Shown here piece by piece: positions 10,401-20,124 of a DNA stretch of 64,000 nucleotides. The DNA lies in NCBI GenBank assembly GCA_937625935.1, contig OW569376.1, forward strand, positions 401,304-465,303, written 5' to 3'. This DNA is from Tetramitus jugosus (lineage: Eukaryota > Protista > Heterolobosea). The notes under the pieces are model-generated. The model worked only from the letters and a program-made list of their open reading frames with translations. It made no database searches and was not told where the DNA came from. The position numbers and the translations under genes were made by a program. The stretch's first letter is position 1, and every line of letters begins with the position of its first letter.

Positions 10401-11756
10401 AGATTGAAAGAGGAAAATATTGAGCTTAAATCCAAACTTGCAACCGCGGAGATCAATCTTGCTGATCAAATCGAAGATTATGAGAAGAAAACCCAGTATT
10501 ATCAAACGCACATTAGTGAGTTAACAACAAGACTAGATAATAGAATAGAAGAAAGTAAGAAAAATAATATCGAGATTGGAAGATTAAAAGTCTCTGCATC
10601 TGCACCTGATAGAAGGATAGAAGATGATCGCGTTTCTCTGATATCCTCTATCTCTGAATTAAATGCAAAGGTAAACGGGTTGAGAGATGAGAGAGACGAT
10701 CTGAAAGTAAAGATATCTATGATGGAGACCAATATTGCTCTTAGGATTGATGAATATGAAAAGAAGATTGAGATGTATGAAGGAGACATTAGGGTGTTGG
10801 CAATCAATTTAGAGAGCGCTATGGAAGCAATCTCCAAGCTCAAACAACACATTTTGACAATAGACAACGAACTCAATGTCGCGAACCAATCCTGTAATTC
10901 TCAGTCAGAATTGATCGCTCAGTTTGAAACAGAAACAAAAGAGCTGGAGGCTGAAATAGAGACTCTCAGAAACGAATGTAGAATTAAGGATACAACTTTG
11001 TTAGAACAAAGCACCGAAATAGAGAACTTGAAACTGGATCTGAAATCAATGGACAATAGAGCGAAACAAATGGAGTCTGAACAGCTGATACTGAAGAACC
11101 AAGTTGGCAACCTCAATGTCCACGTAGATTGTATTCAGAGTGAAAAGGACAATAATGGGGCGGAGTTAAATCGCCTTAAGATTGAAGTAGAAGAATTCTA
11201 CGTCCAAGTAGGGGAGTTAGAAAAAGCAAAAGTAGTGTTGAATACTGAGAGGAATGACCTCCATAGCCAACTCAAATCGCTGCATCTTCAGATATCTGAG
11301 GAACAGAATGAAAGAAGGAAACTTCAACTTCAATTTGCAGATGCGAAATCCGAACTAGAATCCTTATCCTCAGAAAACACAGAAGCAAAGAACAAGATGG
11401 TTCAGTATGAGCTAATTCTAATGGAGAAGAATTGTGAAATCGATAGACTCATGGTTTCGCTGTCCAAAGCAGAGGATTCGTACATGGCTATCGCTGATAA
11501 ATTGAATGTTGTTCAAGACACAAATTCTGAGGAGAAGAGCAGGTTAGAGCTCGAGATACTCAGATTGTATGATGAACTGTCTGACCGAAGTAAGCAAATG
11601 CAATTGAAGGACGCTAGTTTGTTTGTGGCTAGCTCCGAGATGGAGAAGCTCAAAATGATCGTGGAAGACACAGAAAATGAATTAGAAAAGGTGAAACAGG
11701 TCAACACAATAACAAGTAATGAAGTGAAGAGTATCATTCATTCATTTGGTCTGTAA
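7473..11756 (+). CDS. Kinesin-family protein: N-terminal motor-like domain with substituted nucleotide motifs and a long coiled coil
   Basis: VVRIRP, FTFDRVFD, TIFAYGQTRSGKKHT, YIQVYND, RSHSVL, HIPYRDSKLTHILKDSL, ETLASLKYASR; more than 800 aa of heptad-rich tail. Confidence 0.92.
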   Translation: MMDRMSNYMSRSLQHPSYIRMNGLYSQQDAKLSPVSSGTKHKELPFQSIIPKNGSMDSLDYEEDQQPLTSRRDFSQPRLSSNETMVGANFQTVVRIRPSAKGSGVPDENASSLKIINMDEDMKTLIVNRNLGTAVSDRYPTYQFTFDRVFDEYTNQQIFYQSTCRPLVRGLFSGNNSTIFAYGQTRSGKKHTLEGVLDSDRRGIIPRVVEDIFATLRTLDQSMNAPKFNVKVCYIQVYNDVVSDLLNPNTHNLKIIDDKSKTASHISGAKYRILKDPSDIYNILKSGRNNRGVASGVKPPDLYARSHSVLSIMLEQVGMNSTNLLKSKIHFVTLAGAERARDFAGISSNSSKSDDGAKIAMTFNALATIIAFLSRSGSRHIPYRDSKLTHILKDSLSNNALCLFIATIYPIQENYNETLASLKYASRIRQSSTLITTISPSSADGEINTFMGSNDSTNSSYDNHRARMSERSQSVPNLGIVRKPERQSSHPSLIIDRPLQVQRQDQKLSQIVDSPVVQQSPRSTHFQPKSPSSELISIRSPIRPQQLQFSPARSDVVFDEYTRSPSGQDEELKRELLLSPSKIATELRDENESLKEAICNMKIEIEELNNQKEEYKSQSEKLNQIVKKLAQERLTFKQSYEEFEEENNRLKKEISNMAERLDTQQPDSPSPMKVGEIYTENLRLDKEVSELKGMMLKVSNNLASAEIENLKLKTNIEELTISNEELSEKKQHLEKIVTVKGGELIELQKTLDQLRFNTPVRSKSPLKILARSASSPSVSVAFSPSSDASVNTDISSVDAAIVVSEVEDIVQRSKELEETIDRLELRVAGLMEEKERSNLNLAKREEELSEIHVEIEKLTTLLPGNNIVGGQLSLLSSISELSSNMNRLREERNELKSKLIVAEARMTASSDKFEKKRQDYESDVRVLTENVQKLINELRIANVESEKLRDLMPDKKVEDDRFSLLSSLSELSVSMNRLKEENIELKSKLATAEINLADQIEDYEKKTQYYQTHISELTTRLDNRIEESKKNNIEIGRLKVSASAPDRRIEDDRVSLISSISELNAKVNGLRDERDDLKVKISMMETNIALRIDEYEKKIEMYEGDIRVLAINLESAMEAISKLKQHILTIDNELNVANQSCNSQSELIAQFETETKELEAEIETLRNECRIKDTTLLEQSTEIENLKLDLKSMDNRAKQMESEQLILKNQVGNLNVHVDCIQSEKDNNGAELNRLKIEVEEFYVQVGELEKAKVVLNTERNDLHSQLKSLHLQISEEQNERRKLQLQFADAKSELESLSSENTEAKNKMVQYELILMEKNCEIDRLMVSLSKAEDSYMAIADKLNVVQDTNSEEKSRLELEILRLYDELSDRSKQMQLKDASLFVASSEMEKLKMIVEDTENELEKVKQVNTITSNEVKSIIHSFGL
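10085..10800 (+). repeat. Three-copy internal repeat (about 270 nt, about 90 aa) in the kinesin tail
   Basis: LSLLSSISELSSNMNRLREE / FSLLSSLSELSVSMNRLKEE / VSLISSISELNAKVNGLRDE; DNA TCTCTTATCTTCA at both 10091 and 10361. Confidence 0.85.
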
Positions 11757-11792
11757 GCAGAGCTTCTCTCAAAGTAAATAAAATAGTTTAAT

Positions 11793-12242
11793 TTAATTCA
11801 AATTAGTGAATGGACTTGGCTGATCCACACGATTCACAAGATTATGCAACGGCAAGAACAAATTGTCCTTGTACTGCTCATTGCTTCTCAGTTCATCCCA
11901 CTCGATCCATCTCCAGAACTCATTCTTGTGAGGCTCCAGATTCTGAGGCTCCTGTTCTGGATCCTTCAACTCTGCCAGCATGAAGATGGTAATATAGTGC
12001 TTTCCATCTTGTTCCATGTAATCATTTGTACAGGCAAAGAATGACGAGTGGCTCACCTCTAATCCAGTCTCCTCCTTTACTTCTCTTGCACAACATTGTT
12101 CCCATTGTTCTCCAAACTCCAGATGACCGCCTGGTAACTGGATCTTAGAAACTCCGTGAGATCCCTTTCTTTGACCAATTAGAATCAAATTGGGTTGCTT
12201 TTTGATGATGCATGCCACACCTACTCTCACAACGTTTGTCAT
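11793..12242 (-). CDS. Nudix hydrolase, NUDT15/AtNUDX1-like nucleotide pool sanitiser
   Basis: Nudix box GGHLEFGEQWEQCCAREVKEETGL; VRVGV, RKGSHG, TND, HYITIFM, NLEPHK, LFLPL. Confidence 0.93.
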   Translation of the reverse strand: MTNVVRVGVACIIKKQPNLILIGQRKGSHGVSKIQLPGGHLEFGEQWEQCCAREVKEETGLEVSHSSFFACTNDYMEQDGKHYITIFMLAELKDPEQEPQNLEPHKNEFWRWIEWDELRSNEQYKDNLFLPLHNLVNRVDQPSPFTNLN

Positions 12243-12604
12243 TGTTTGTTGTTGCTATCGGGAAAATACACGGGATTTTTCAAATAGATGTCAGACTAAT
12301 ACCAAACCATTCTTCGAAGCATCCCGGATTATGTCGCCAGCCTTTCCTCTTGATGACTTGGACTCTGGTGAACCATTCACCAAAATCCGAACCAATCTTC
12401 TTTGCCAAGAGTCATCACACTTTCCAGTGATGATGACCTCCTTGCTGCTTGGCGCAGTTCCTCTTGGTGCTGTGGTCCACACAGCATAGCGTGGATTCTC
12501 ATACTCACGAACAACAGGGGTGTGTGTTCGTTTTTTCATCGGCGTTTTTATCAACGTTTTGCCCCCTTAGGCCCTAAAATTGTGAAAACTACGATCAAAT
12601 ATCA

Positions 12605-12687
12605 GCACTCTTGTCCGAGCGGTCAAGGAGCCTGACTAGAAATCAGGTACGGGAAACCGTGCGTAGGTTCAAATCCTACAGAGTGCG
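12605..12687 (+). tRNA. tRNA-Ser, anticodon AGA
   Basis: Acceptor GCACTCT/AGAGTGC plus G discriminator; D arm GTCCGAGCGGTCAAGGAG; anticodon arm CCTGA-CTAGAAA-TCAGG; long variable arm TACGG-GAAA-CCGTG; T arm GTAGG-TTCAAAT-CCTAC. Confidence 0.96.
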
Positions 12688-12827
12688 AATACCTTTTAGT
12701 ATTTTGGGAACTTGTCAAATACAACAAGTAAGATTGTTCAGTTAGGTGTTTATAAGTTTCTTTCTGGCATCTTTGCAGGTTTGTTGTGGCAAATAATGAT
12801 TTATCTTGTGAGCAGGTAAGTATAGAA

Positions 12828-14237
12828 CTACTGCTCCTCATTTATAAAATCATGATCTGTGTGATCATCGTCAGCTGCCTGATTATGATGATGAGTTGAT
12901 GCAGTTGCTTCATCCTCCATCATCTCTTCAATCTCCTCCTCCGAGCACGGTGTTCCATCTGCATTGTACCTGAATGCTCTAGGGCGCTTCCTATGTGCAG
13001 TCAAACTCGTCGACACAGAATTCATGAGCAGCAAAGGTATCATTGCTGCAATAGCAATGATTGACGAAGCCATAATGAACCCAAATCCATTCTTCACTCT
13101 TGTACATGTGCGCGAAGAGACCTTGCACAGTCCAGTCACCTTATCACTCTTTTCAAAGCTGCGCTTGGAGTCAATGGAGCTCACAAGGCACACCAAGCTA
13201 TAAAAAATGAACAAAACAACAAACACGTGAGCAATAAACAGTGGAATGAGCTTTGCCAACGGGAATGCATTCGTTCTCGTGTGCCTCCACTTTTTTAGAG
13301 TCACTGGTGAACCACTGTTCCAAGAGGCAACAGTATTCTCGTGCTTGAGTGCTGCTCCACTCAACAACCATGACAAATAGCTTACAATCACACAAATGAA
13401 CAGTAAGCTAGGCAACAGTAGATACATGGGATGAAAACGGAATGATTCATACAGGAAATCACTTCCATTGAATTGAATAACACCGTCTCTGTATGGTGTG
13501 AGCAAAACGAGTCCAGGCACCGATAAGCCCAACGCAATCGTAGCCAATACACCGCTCAAAATCGGAGAAAATCGTCGGACAATCTCAAATGGCCGCTGAG
13601 AAAAAAGTGAGCCTCGATAATCAAAGAAGCCATAGGTTCCCTTGGAGTCTGATGCGTCCTGTTGTTGTTGCTGATGTTGCTGTTGCATATTCACATGTTT
13701 TTGATGCTTATGATGGTGATGATTGTCATCATCCACTGGTGAAAGTGCAATGGTTGAATAATGTTTTTGTTGTTGTTGTGGTGACAATGGTTTTTTCATC
13801 ATTTTTAGACTACCACTACCATTTTGATGATGATGATGATGATAATCCGATTCTTCCAATGTGACTTCATCCAAAGCAGCCATGTTTTGCATGTGAATCG
13901 CAGCCACTTGTTCATGAATTCTAGAGATTTTGGGTGATACAGTCGTAGGAGTCGATGGACTCATTGACCCAAACAAATCATTTTCTTCATTATTATTATT
14001 GTTATTATTGTTATAATTATTATTATTATAGTTGTTATTGTTGTTACTATCAGTTCGTACGTGATAATCTGCTCTGTGCACGTGATGATGATGATGTTGA
14101 GTCATGTGAGAGGGTGATGAAGGTTGTGGAGAGTTGGGAGCGTTCATGGGTGATAAATGATACGCTGGTTCAATTTGCATCCGTTCAGCTGTTACTTCAT
14201 CAAATGGATTGTCATGTTTTTCTTGTACGAAGGCCAT
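12828..14237 (-). CDS. Four-TM membrane protein with a His/Asn/Gln low-complexity N-terminus (MARVEL/CASP-like topology)
   Basis: 469-aa ORF; four hydrophobic segments; Cys pair GLCKVSSRTC before TM4. Confidence 0.8.
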   Translation of the reverse strand: MAFVQEKHDNPFDEVTAERMQIEPAYHLSPMNAPNSPQPSSPSHMTQHHHHHVHRADYHVRTDSNNNNNYNNNNYNNNNNNNNEENDLFGSMSPSTPTTVSPKISRIHEQVAAIHMQNMAALDEVTLEESDYHHHHHQNGSGSLKMMKKPLSPQQQQKHYSTIALSPVDDDNHHHHKHQKHVNMQQQHQQQQQDASDSKGTYGFFDYRGSLFSQRPFEIVRRFSPILSGVLATIALGLSVPGLVLLTPYRDGVIQFNGSDFLYESFRFHPMYLLLPSLLFICVIVSYLSWLLSGAALKHENTVASWNSGSPVTLKKWRHTRTNAFPLAKLIPLFIAHVFVVLFIFYSLVCLVSSIDSKRSFEKSDKVTGLCKVSSRTCTRVKNGFGFIMASSIIAIAAMIPLLLMNSVSTSLTAHRKRPRAFRYNADGTPCSEEEIEEMMEDEATASTHHHNQAADDDHTDHDFINEEQ

Positions 14238-14763
14238 TGTTTGAGAATCAATAGTGTTGTTGGTGGTTTTTGTGATTTGTGCGTGTTTTTTAAAATATTA
14301 TTATTGGTGTACTTGTTGTTCGTCGTTCGTTGCTCAATGACTTTTTGTTGTTTGATTGGCTTTTTTTGAGATTTCGCGGCTTTTCAAGTCGGCGGGAAGA
14401 CCAAAAAATCTTCTTGGGGGAAGAATCTTGTTCCACTGTCTGTGTCGAATCGATGTCCGTTGAGTTGAATACGGTCCGTACACTGGTTTGTGACACATGC
14501 AAGAAGAATAATGGAATGAAAAATAACTTTCAATAAGTTATAGAGGATTTGTATTACAATTGTGTTTCTGTTTGTGGGGGTGTTGAACAATGACAATCTT
14601 TTGTCACAATGTGACCCACCACAGTGTTAAAAAGAGGATGTGAGGTTTTGGCCTACTAGAAAAACCTACAAAAAATGATACATGGGGATACATGCTATGT
14701 GTATCTGCTGCAGCTGAGGATTGTCCCTCATTCCCAAATAACATCACTCTCTGTGTTGTTTGT

Positions 14764-16350
14764 TTACCATCCGTCAAAGTTGGCATTTTCACCATCCTTG
14801 ACTACTTCTGCAAAGGAGTCAATGGCACGTTCAGATGTGAATTCCTCATCAAAGTATCGTGTGTCATCCTCCTTGATATTTGGAATGAATGGAGGTGGCA
14901 ATTGCTTGTTGTACATCTTTTCCCAGTCAATGTTACTGAAGAATGGATGTGCTCTAATTTCGGCACCATCCGTTTGACCAGCTCCCAATCTCTTGTGTTC
15001 CTCACGTTCCAACAGCATTCTCAACAGACTCTGAGCCTCCATTGGCACAAAGTTGGGGAACTTTAATGGTGCCTTCAGGATCAACTCGTACATTTCGTTC
15101 AAATTCTCAGAGTAGAATGGTGGGAGACCAACCAACATCTCATACAGCAGAATACCCAAACTCCACCAATCGACAGCCTTTGCGTGACCTTGTCCCTTCA
15201 AGATTTCAGGTGCCAAATATTCTGGTGTTCCACAGAAGGTGTATGTTGGAGTAGCATTGCTAATCGATGTCTTTGCAAGACCAAAATCAGTCAAAACGAC
15301 GTGACCTTCATTGTTGAGCACAACGTTCTCAGGCTTCAAATCTCTGTAAATGATATCATGCTTGTGCAAGTGCTCAATGGCCATCACAATTTCAGCGCAG
15401 TAAAATTTGGCGCGCTCCACACCAAATTTGGTCTCTTCCTTCAAGTGGAAAAACAGTTCACCACCAGACAAAAAGTCCAACACTAGATACAGTTTCTCTT
15501 CAGTTTGGAAGGCATACTTGAGTCCAACGATGAACGGATGTCTCATGTCTTGCAAAATTTGCTTCTCAGACTTGGTGTGAGACACCATGTTCTCCTTAAT
15601 AATCATATCCTTTCTCAGAACCTTCATAGCAAAGACCTCTCGTGTTCCCTTGTGTCTCACCTTCATGACCTTACCAAAGCTTCCTCTACCAACGACGCAC
15701 AATAGCTCAAAGTCATCCAGAGTGACTCTTGGCGCATTGTCAGACTCATTTCCGAAAATTTGTTTGCTTTCTTGCTTGGCACTGTTGATTTCATTTCTTG
15801 CTTGAATCAATCCTTCCTTGTCATTCTCTGGCTTGTATTCAATCGCCTTTTGAATCTCTCGGATCCAAATTGTGCATTCTTCTTCTGTCTCTGCAGTCAA
15901 TTCGTAGACACGGCTCAAATTGGCGCCACGAATTTTGAATGAAAATTTTTTGCCGCCATCTTCTTCAATGGACGCATTGGTCAACACAATGACACCTGTT
16001 GGTCTCTTGTTTGATTGTGCCTTGAAATAATACAAGTGTTTACCTCTCAGTTCAAAGTATCTCTCTAAAATGATCATGTTGTTGATGTCAAATTGAAAAA
16101 AAAAGTTCATGATGGATGATGAATTATCATTTGTGAGAGAGAATGAGAGATGATAATGAAACACAGTTGCAGGAGAGACAAAAAACAACAACAGTTTGTG
16201 AGTCAAATATATTCTACACAAAAAAGTTTGTTCATGCAGATGATGAGATTGTTAATATTGACACATACTTCTATAAGCTTTAACGTGACCTCCCTTCTTT
16301 TTCAGGTATCCTGAATGATCTGGTTTCTCAAAAGGATCTGACATGGTCAT
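14764..16350 (-). CDS. Akt/PKB-like AGC kinase with N-terminal PH domain (two exons)
   Basis: Exon 1 16350-16269 (MTMSDPFEKPDHSGYLKKKGGHVKAYR); intron 16268-16065 (GTATGT..TTTTAG); then KRYFEL; kinase motifs GRGSFGKV, AMK, YRDLKPEN, DFG, TFCGTPEYLAPE; AGC tail FDEEF. Confidence 0.93.
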
Positions 16351-17133
16351 TTTTATGATATATTATGTATTTACTTGTTGTTTTTGTTGGTTGTTGTTGG
16401 TTGTTTTGGGGGAGAGAAGAGTTGTTGTTGCGTATGACGTAGTCAAAGAGAGAAAGTGGGGTGTATCACAAAGGAGGTGTTTCGTTTGGGCTGTCGAAAT
16501 TTTTTTCGTGTGAGGTAGTTGATGGACCTGCTGTTCGTCCGCTTTCTTTTTCTTGTGCAAAACGTCAACTTTACAAATAAACCGAGTGATAAAGTGACAT
16601 GTGACATATTGGACGTCGCATCCTCATCAACACGGGTTTCGATACAGCAGAGGAAACAGCGACTGGGCATCAAAGCAAGCACGAAAATTGGACAAGGAAT
16701 TAAAGGAATATCCTATGATCGTCATCAATCAAAATTGAGTTGAAGGATTGCTCGGGATTCAAAAGATTTTTTTAATGACATAAGAATTGAACAGACTCAG
16801 ACATTGGAGATGGAAACTCTTTCCAGATTTGTAGCTCTTTAGAGTGCCAGACCTGATGGAGAAGAGGCAGTTGAGGCAGCAGCCGCAGCAAGTTGCTTCA
16901 ATTCAAGTGCTGGACGTGGAGGCTCAACACATGGTGGAATACGGTGAGTTCTGAGGGCGCTCTTGCATCTAATGTTGTGTCTGTTGACAACATACTTAAC
17001 TGTATGTGATGGTACAAGTAAGAATTTGGTGAGAAAATTAGAAAAGCGGAGGTGTGAGCAGGGACCAATTGTGAGAATTGCAAGACATTAAAAAAACGAG
17101 TGCAAAGAACAAAGAGATGGATCAAGATAACAC

Positions 17134-17835
17134 TCAGCACGTCGTAGAATCAAACTTACTTTGAGAGTTCACAATCTTTGGTTCCTTGTGCACATGAGAT
17201 CCATAGATACGCTTAGTTGGCAAAATGGTCTGATTCAACAAGACGCGGGCTCTGTGGGCTTCCTTTGCCTCCTCATCGACCCATTCATTGTTGACAATAT
17301 TCTTTCTGTGCTTCATCTTCTTGTTTGGTTCCTTGACGAATTGATCATCTTCTGCAAACTTGATTGCCAAACGTTGTTGTTCAGCATGATTGGTCAATGG
17401 TTGAGCAACCATGATATATGTTCTATCGTAGACCTCATCCTTGACAAATCGCACCCATCCATCACACAATGCATGCAGTGTAAAGTCCTTTCCTTGACCG
17501 ACATTGTACCCTGGCCAGAATTTGTTTCCTCGTTGACGAACGAGAATGTTGCCTGCTTTGACTCTTTGATTGTCAGCCTTCTTGACACCGAGACGCTTTG
17601 AATGAGAGTCCTTGGTCTTGTTTGTGGAACCTCCAGATTTCTTGGTTGCATGACGCACTTGTGAGTCACCCAATAGTTGAGACCCATTCAGAGATAGTGA
17701 GGCATGATTGACGACAAATGCATTATTGGTTGGGTGAAAAATGGAAGCAGCAGGTGATGCACCAATAAAGGATGCTGAAGCTCTTGGTTGTTTGACTGCA
17801 GCAGTGGTCGTTGCGAATGCGAAGCGTCTCAACAT
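17134..17835 (-). CDS. MRPL27: Mitochondrial ribosomal protein bL27m with transit peptide
   Basis: MLRRFAF.. presequence; [52 protein letters not shown]. Confidence 0.93.
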   Translation of the reverse strand: MLRRFAFATTTAAVKQPRASASFIGASPAASIFHPTNNAFVVNHASLSLNGSQLLGDSQVRHATKKSGGSTNKTKDSHSKRLGVKKADNQRVKAGNILVRQRGNKFWPGYNVGQGKDFTLHALCDGWVRFVKDEVYDRTYIMVAQPLTNHAEQQRLAIKFAEDDQFVKEPNKKMKHRKNIVNNEWVDEEAKEAHRARVLLNQTILPTKRIYGSHVHKEPKIVNSQSKFDSTTC

Positions 17836-18164
17836 TGTTTTTTTCTAATCGAGTTGCGTGCGGTTTTTTATTGTCGGTGAAATTTTCTTCACATTTACAA
17901 TTGTGGAGAACTTGTGTATTTAGTTTCTCCATAATGAGCTTCTCATTTCTGCCGTTTGTCGATCAGGTTCCAAGAATTTGTCTTCCCTCCACTAACGTTA
18001 GGCTCTTATCATCTGAGATGAGTGGTTACTCTTAGCTGCCTGTGATACTCCGTGCTTCATTCATTTTTTGCACAGTTCAACCAACATTTTTCACACAAAT
18101 AGTTTTCGGTCGAAATTTTTCATTGAAACAAACAACAACAACAACCTACGAAGAGCAGCCCACC

Positions 18165-19973
18165 ATGTCCAAAATTTTATTACCAGGTGTTCCACCTTCA
18201 CTATTGGCCCTCATTCAACAAAAAGCTCAAGAAGATGAAGATGATTCCATCAGAGAGATCTACACACCATCCGTTTCATTTGTTCCTCTTCCATTGGAAC
18301 CTGTCGGATACGGTTATTTCAATTATACTCGATTGAAGCATGAAAGAGAGCATGGATCAACCAATGATGATGATGAAGCTGAGTTGAGCAAGGAGACTAC
18401 AGGTGCTGATTCTACTGGATTTTCTCATCATGGCTCAAACAGTGCCTCTGCAGTTGCTTTGGCACTCGGAGAAAATTTTTATCAAATTTTGGGTTTCCCC
18501 GCCAATACCAACCCTCACGCCATTACGCATTTACAGATCAAGAAGGCTTATAAGAAGGCTGCATTGAGATGGCATCCTGACAAGTTACCAAACAAGGATG
18601 ATACCATGTTTAAGAAGGTGAATCGTGCTTGGGAAGTGTTGGGATTGAGTAAAACATCAAAAACTCAATATGATTCAAGTTTACCATTCGATGATTCATT
18701 GCCTGATTACAATGAAAACATGGACAAGTCTGATGAGAAATATACAGTGTTCTTTAAGAAGTTCCAGGAAGCTTTCGATCGTTGGAGTATTCTTGCAACG
18801 TGTCCAAAGGGAATGATTATGAAATTGGGTGATATTGATTCGAGTAAGAAGCACATGGATGCGTTTTATCATTTTTGGAACATTGTCTTCAAGAGTTGGA
18901 GAGATTTTGGTTATTTGAGCGAGTATGATGAAGCAAATGCCGATAGTCGTGAAGAACGTCGTTGGATGCAGCGTCAAAACGAGAAGATGAACACCACAAA
19001 GAAGAAGGAAGAACGTGAAAAGATTAAGGCTCTCATTGCTGCCTGTAAGAAGTTTGATCCAAGAGTTAAGAAGTTTGCAAAGGAAGAAGCTGAACAACGT
19101 GAAAAGTTGAGAATTCAAAAGGAACAAGAAGCATTAGAAAAGGAAAGACTCCGTAGATTGAAGGAAGAGGAAGAGCAATTGGAGAAGGAGAGAGTCGAAA
19201 GAGAGCGAGTGGAAGAAGAGAAGAGAATTCAACGTGAGAAGCAAAAGATTCGTTCAGAATTTGTTGCACTGCAGAAGCAATTTAGACAATTGTGTCAACC
19301 GTTTGTGTCCTTGGGTATGGGAAAGAAGAAGGAGGGCACCATTCCTGCTGAAGATGTCGAGTTTGTCGTTGCCAGATTAAAGACTGCTGAAGAAGTCACG
19401 AACGTTCTTGGAAAGTTGAACGATTTACCACAGGACAAGTTTGTGTCAAACTTTGAAAAGTGTTTGAAGGCACTCAAGAAAAGAGAGGAAGATGAGTCAA
19501 AGGAACGACAACAACAGTTGGACACTTTGAGCAACAAGCAACAACAACAACAAGAGGAGAAGGAATGGGGTCAAGAGGAATTGGTTCTATTGACAAAGGC
19601 TATTGTGAAGTTCCCAGGTGGTACTCTCGAAAGATGGAAGCGTGTTGCTGAATTCGTCGGCACCCGTACTCCAGATGAAGTACAAAAGATGACTGGTGAT
19701 ATTAAGAAGGGAAAGATCAATGCTGGAAGATTAATCGGACAAAAGAAGAAGGAAATTACCATCACAGACAATAAGGAAGTTCCTTTGAGAGAATGGACCA
19801 AGGAAGAGCAGAAAGCATTCGAGGATGCCCTAAGAAAGCACAAGGCACTCAAGGGAGATGACAAGTGGCAAGCAATTGCTGACGAACTCAAGGACAGATC
19901 ATTGCAAGAATGCAAGGATCGTTTCGAATGGTGCAAGGAGATGGCAAAGAAGAAGGTTGCTGCCAAGAAATAA
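18165..19973 (+). CDS. DNAJC2: Ribosome-associated J-protein, zuotin/MPP11 type with two SANT domains
   Basis: ATG at 18165 after a CAA-rich leader; EPVG; J domain with HPD; FKSWRDF, REERRWMQRQN, DPRV; SANT repeats (KFPGGTLERW, WTKEEQKAFEDAL). Confidence 0.93.
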   Translation: MSKILLPGVPPSLLALIQQKAQEDEDDSIREIYTPSVSFVPLPLEPVGYGYFNYTRLKHEREHGSTNDDDEAELSKETTGADSTGFSHHGSNSASAVALALGENFYQILGFPANTNPHAITHLQIKKAYKKAALRWHPDKLPNKDDTMFKKVNRAWEVLGLSKTSKTQYDSSLPFDDSLPDYNENMDKSDEKYTVFFKKFQEAFDRWSILATCPKGMIMKLGDIDSSKKHMDAFYHFWNIVFKSWRDFGYLSEYDEANADSREERRWMQRQNEKMNTTKKKEEREKIKALIAACKKFDPRVKKFAKEEAEQREKLRIQKEQEALEKERLRRLKEEEEQLEKERVERERVEEEKRIQREKQKIRSEFVALQKQFRQLCQPFVSLGMGKKKEGTIPAEDVEFVVARLKTAEEVTNVLGKLNDLPQDKFVSNFEKCLKALKKREEDESKERQQQLDTLSNKQQQQQEEKEWGQEELVLLTKAIVKFPGGTLERWKRVAEFVGTRTPDEVQKMTGDIKKGKINAGRLIGQKKKEITITDNKEVPLREWTKEEQKAFEDALRKHKALKGDDKWQAIADELKDRSLQECKDRFEWCKEMAKKKVAAKK

Positions 19974-20124
19974 ACTCGCAGATGGACTGATCAGTTTTGT
20001 TATCGTAGTTTTTACAAATCTCCGACGTGACAGGAGACACAAAGAATCGTTACATTATTTTTATTCGCCCAGAGTCGACTCTGATTTGAACTGAAATTCC
20101 ATCTCTCCTACAACTAAACAAAAC

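Noticed and set aside
12291-12554. 87-aa ORF between the Nudix gene and the tRNA; also TGATGA boxes suggesting a snoRNA
   Set aside because: No recognisable domain, and no convincing C/D box pair with a terminal stem.
16780-17130. Coding-like sequence between the kinase and L27 genes
   Set aside because: Short interrupted frames with no assignable family.
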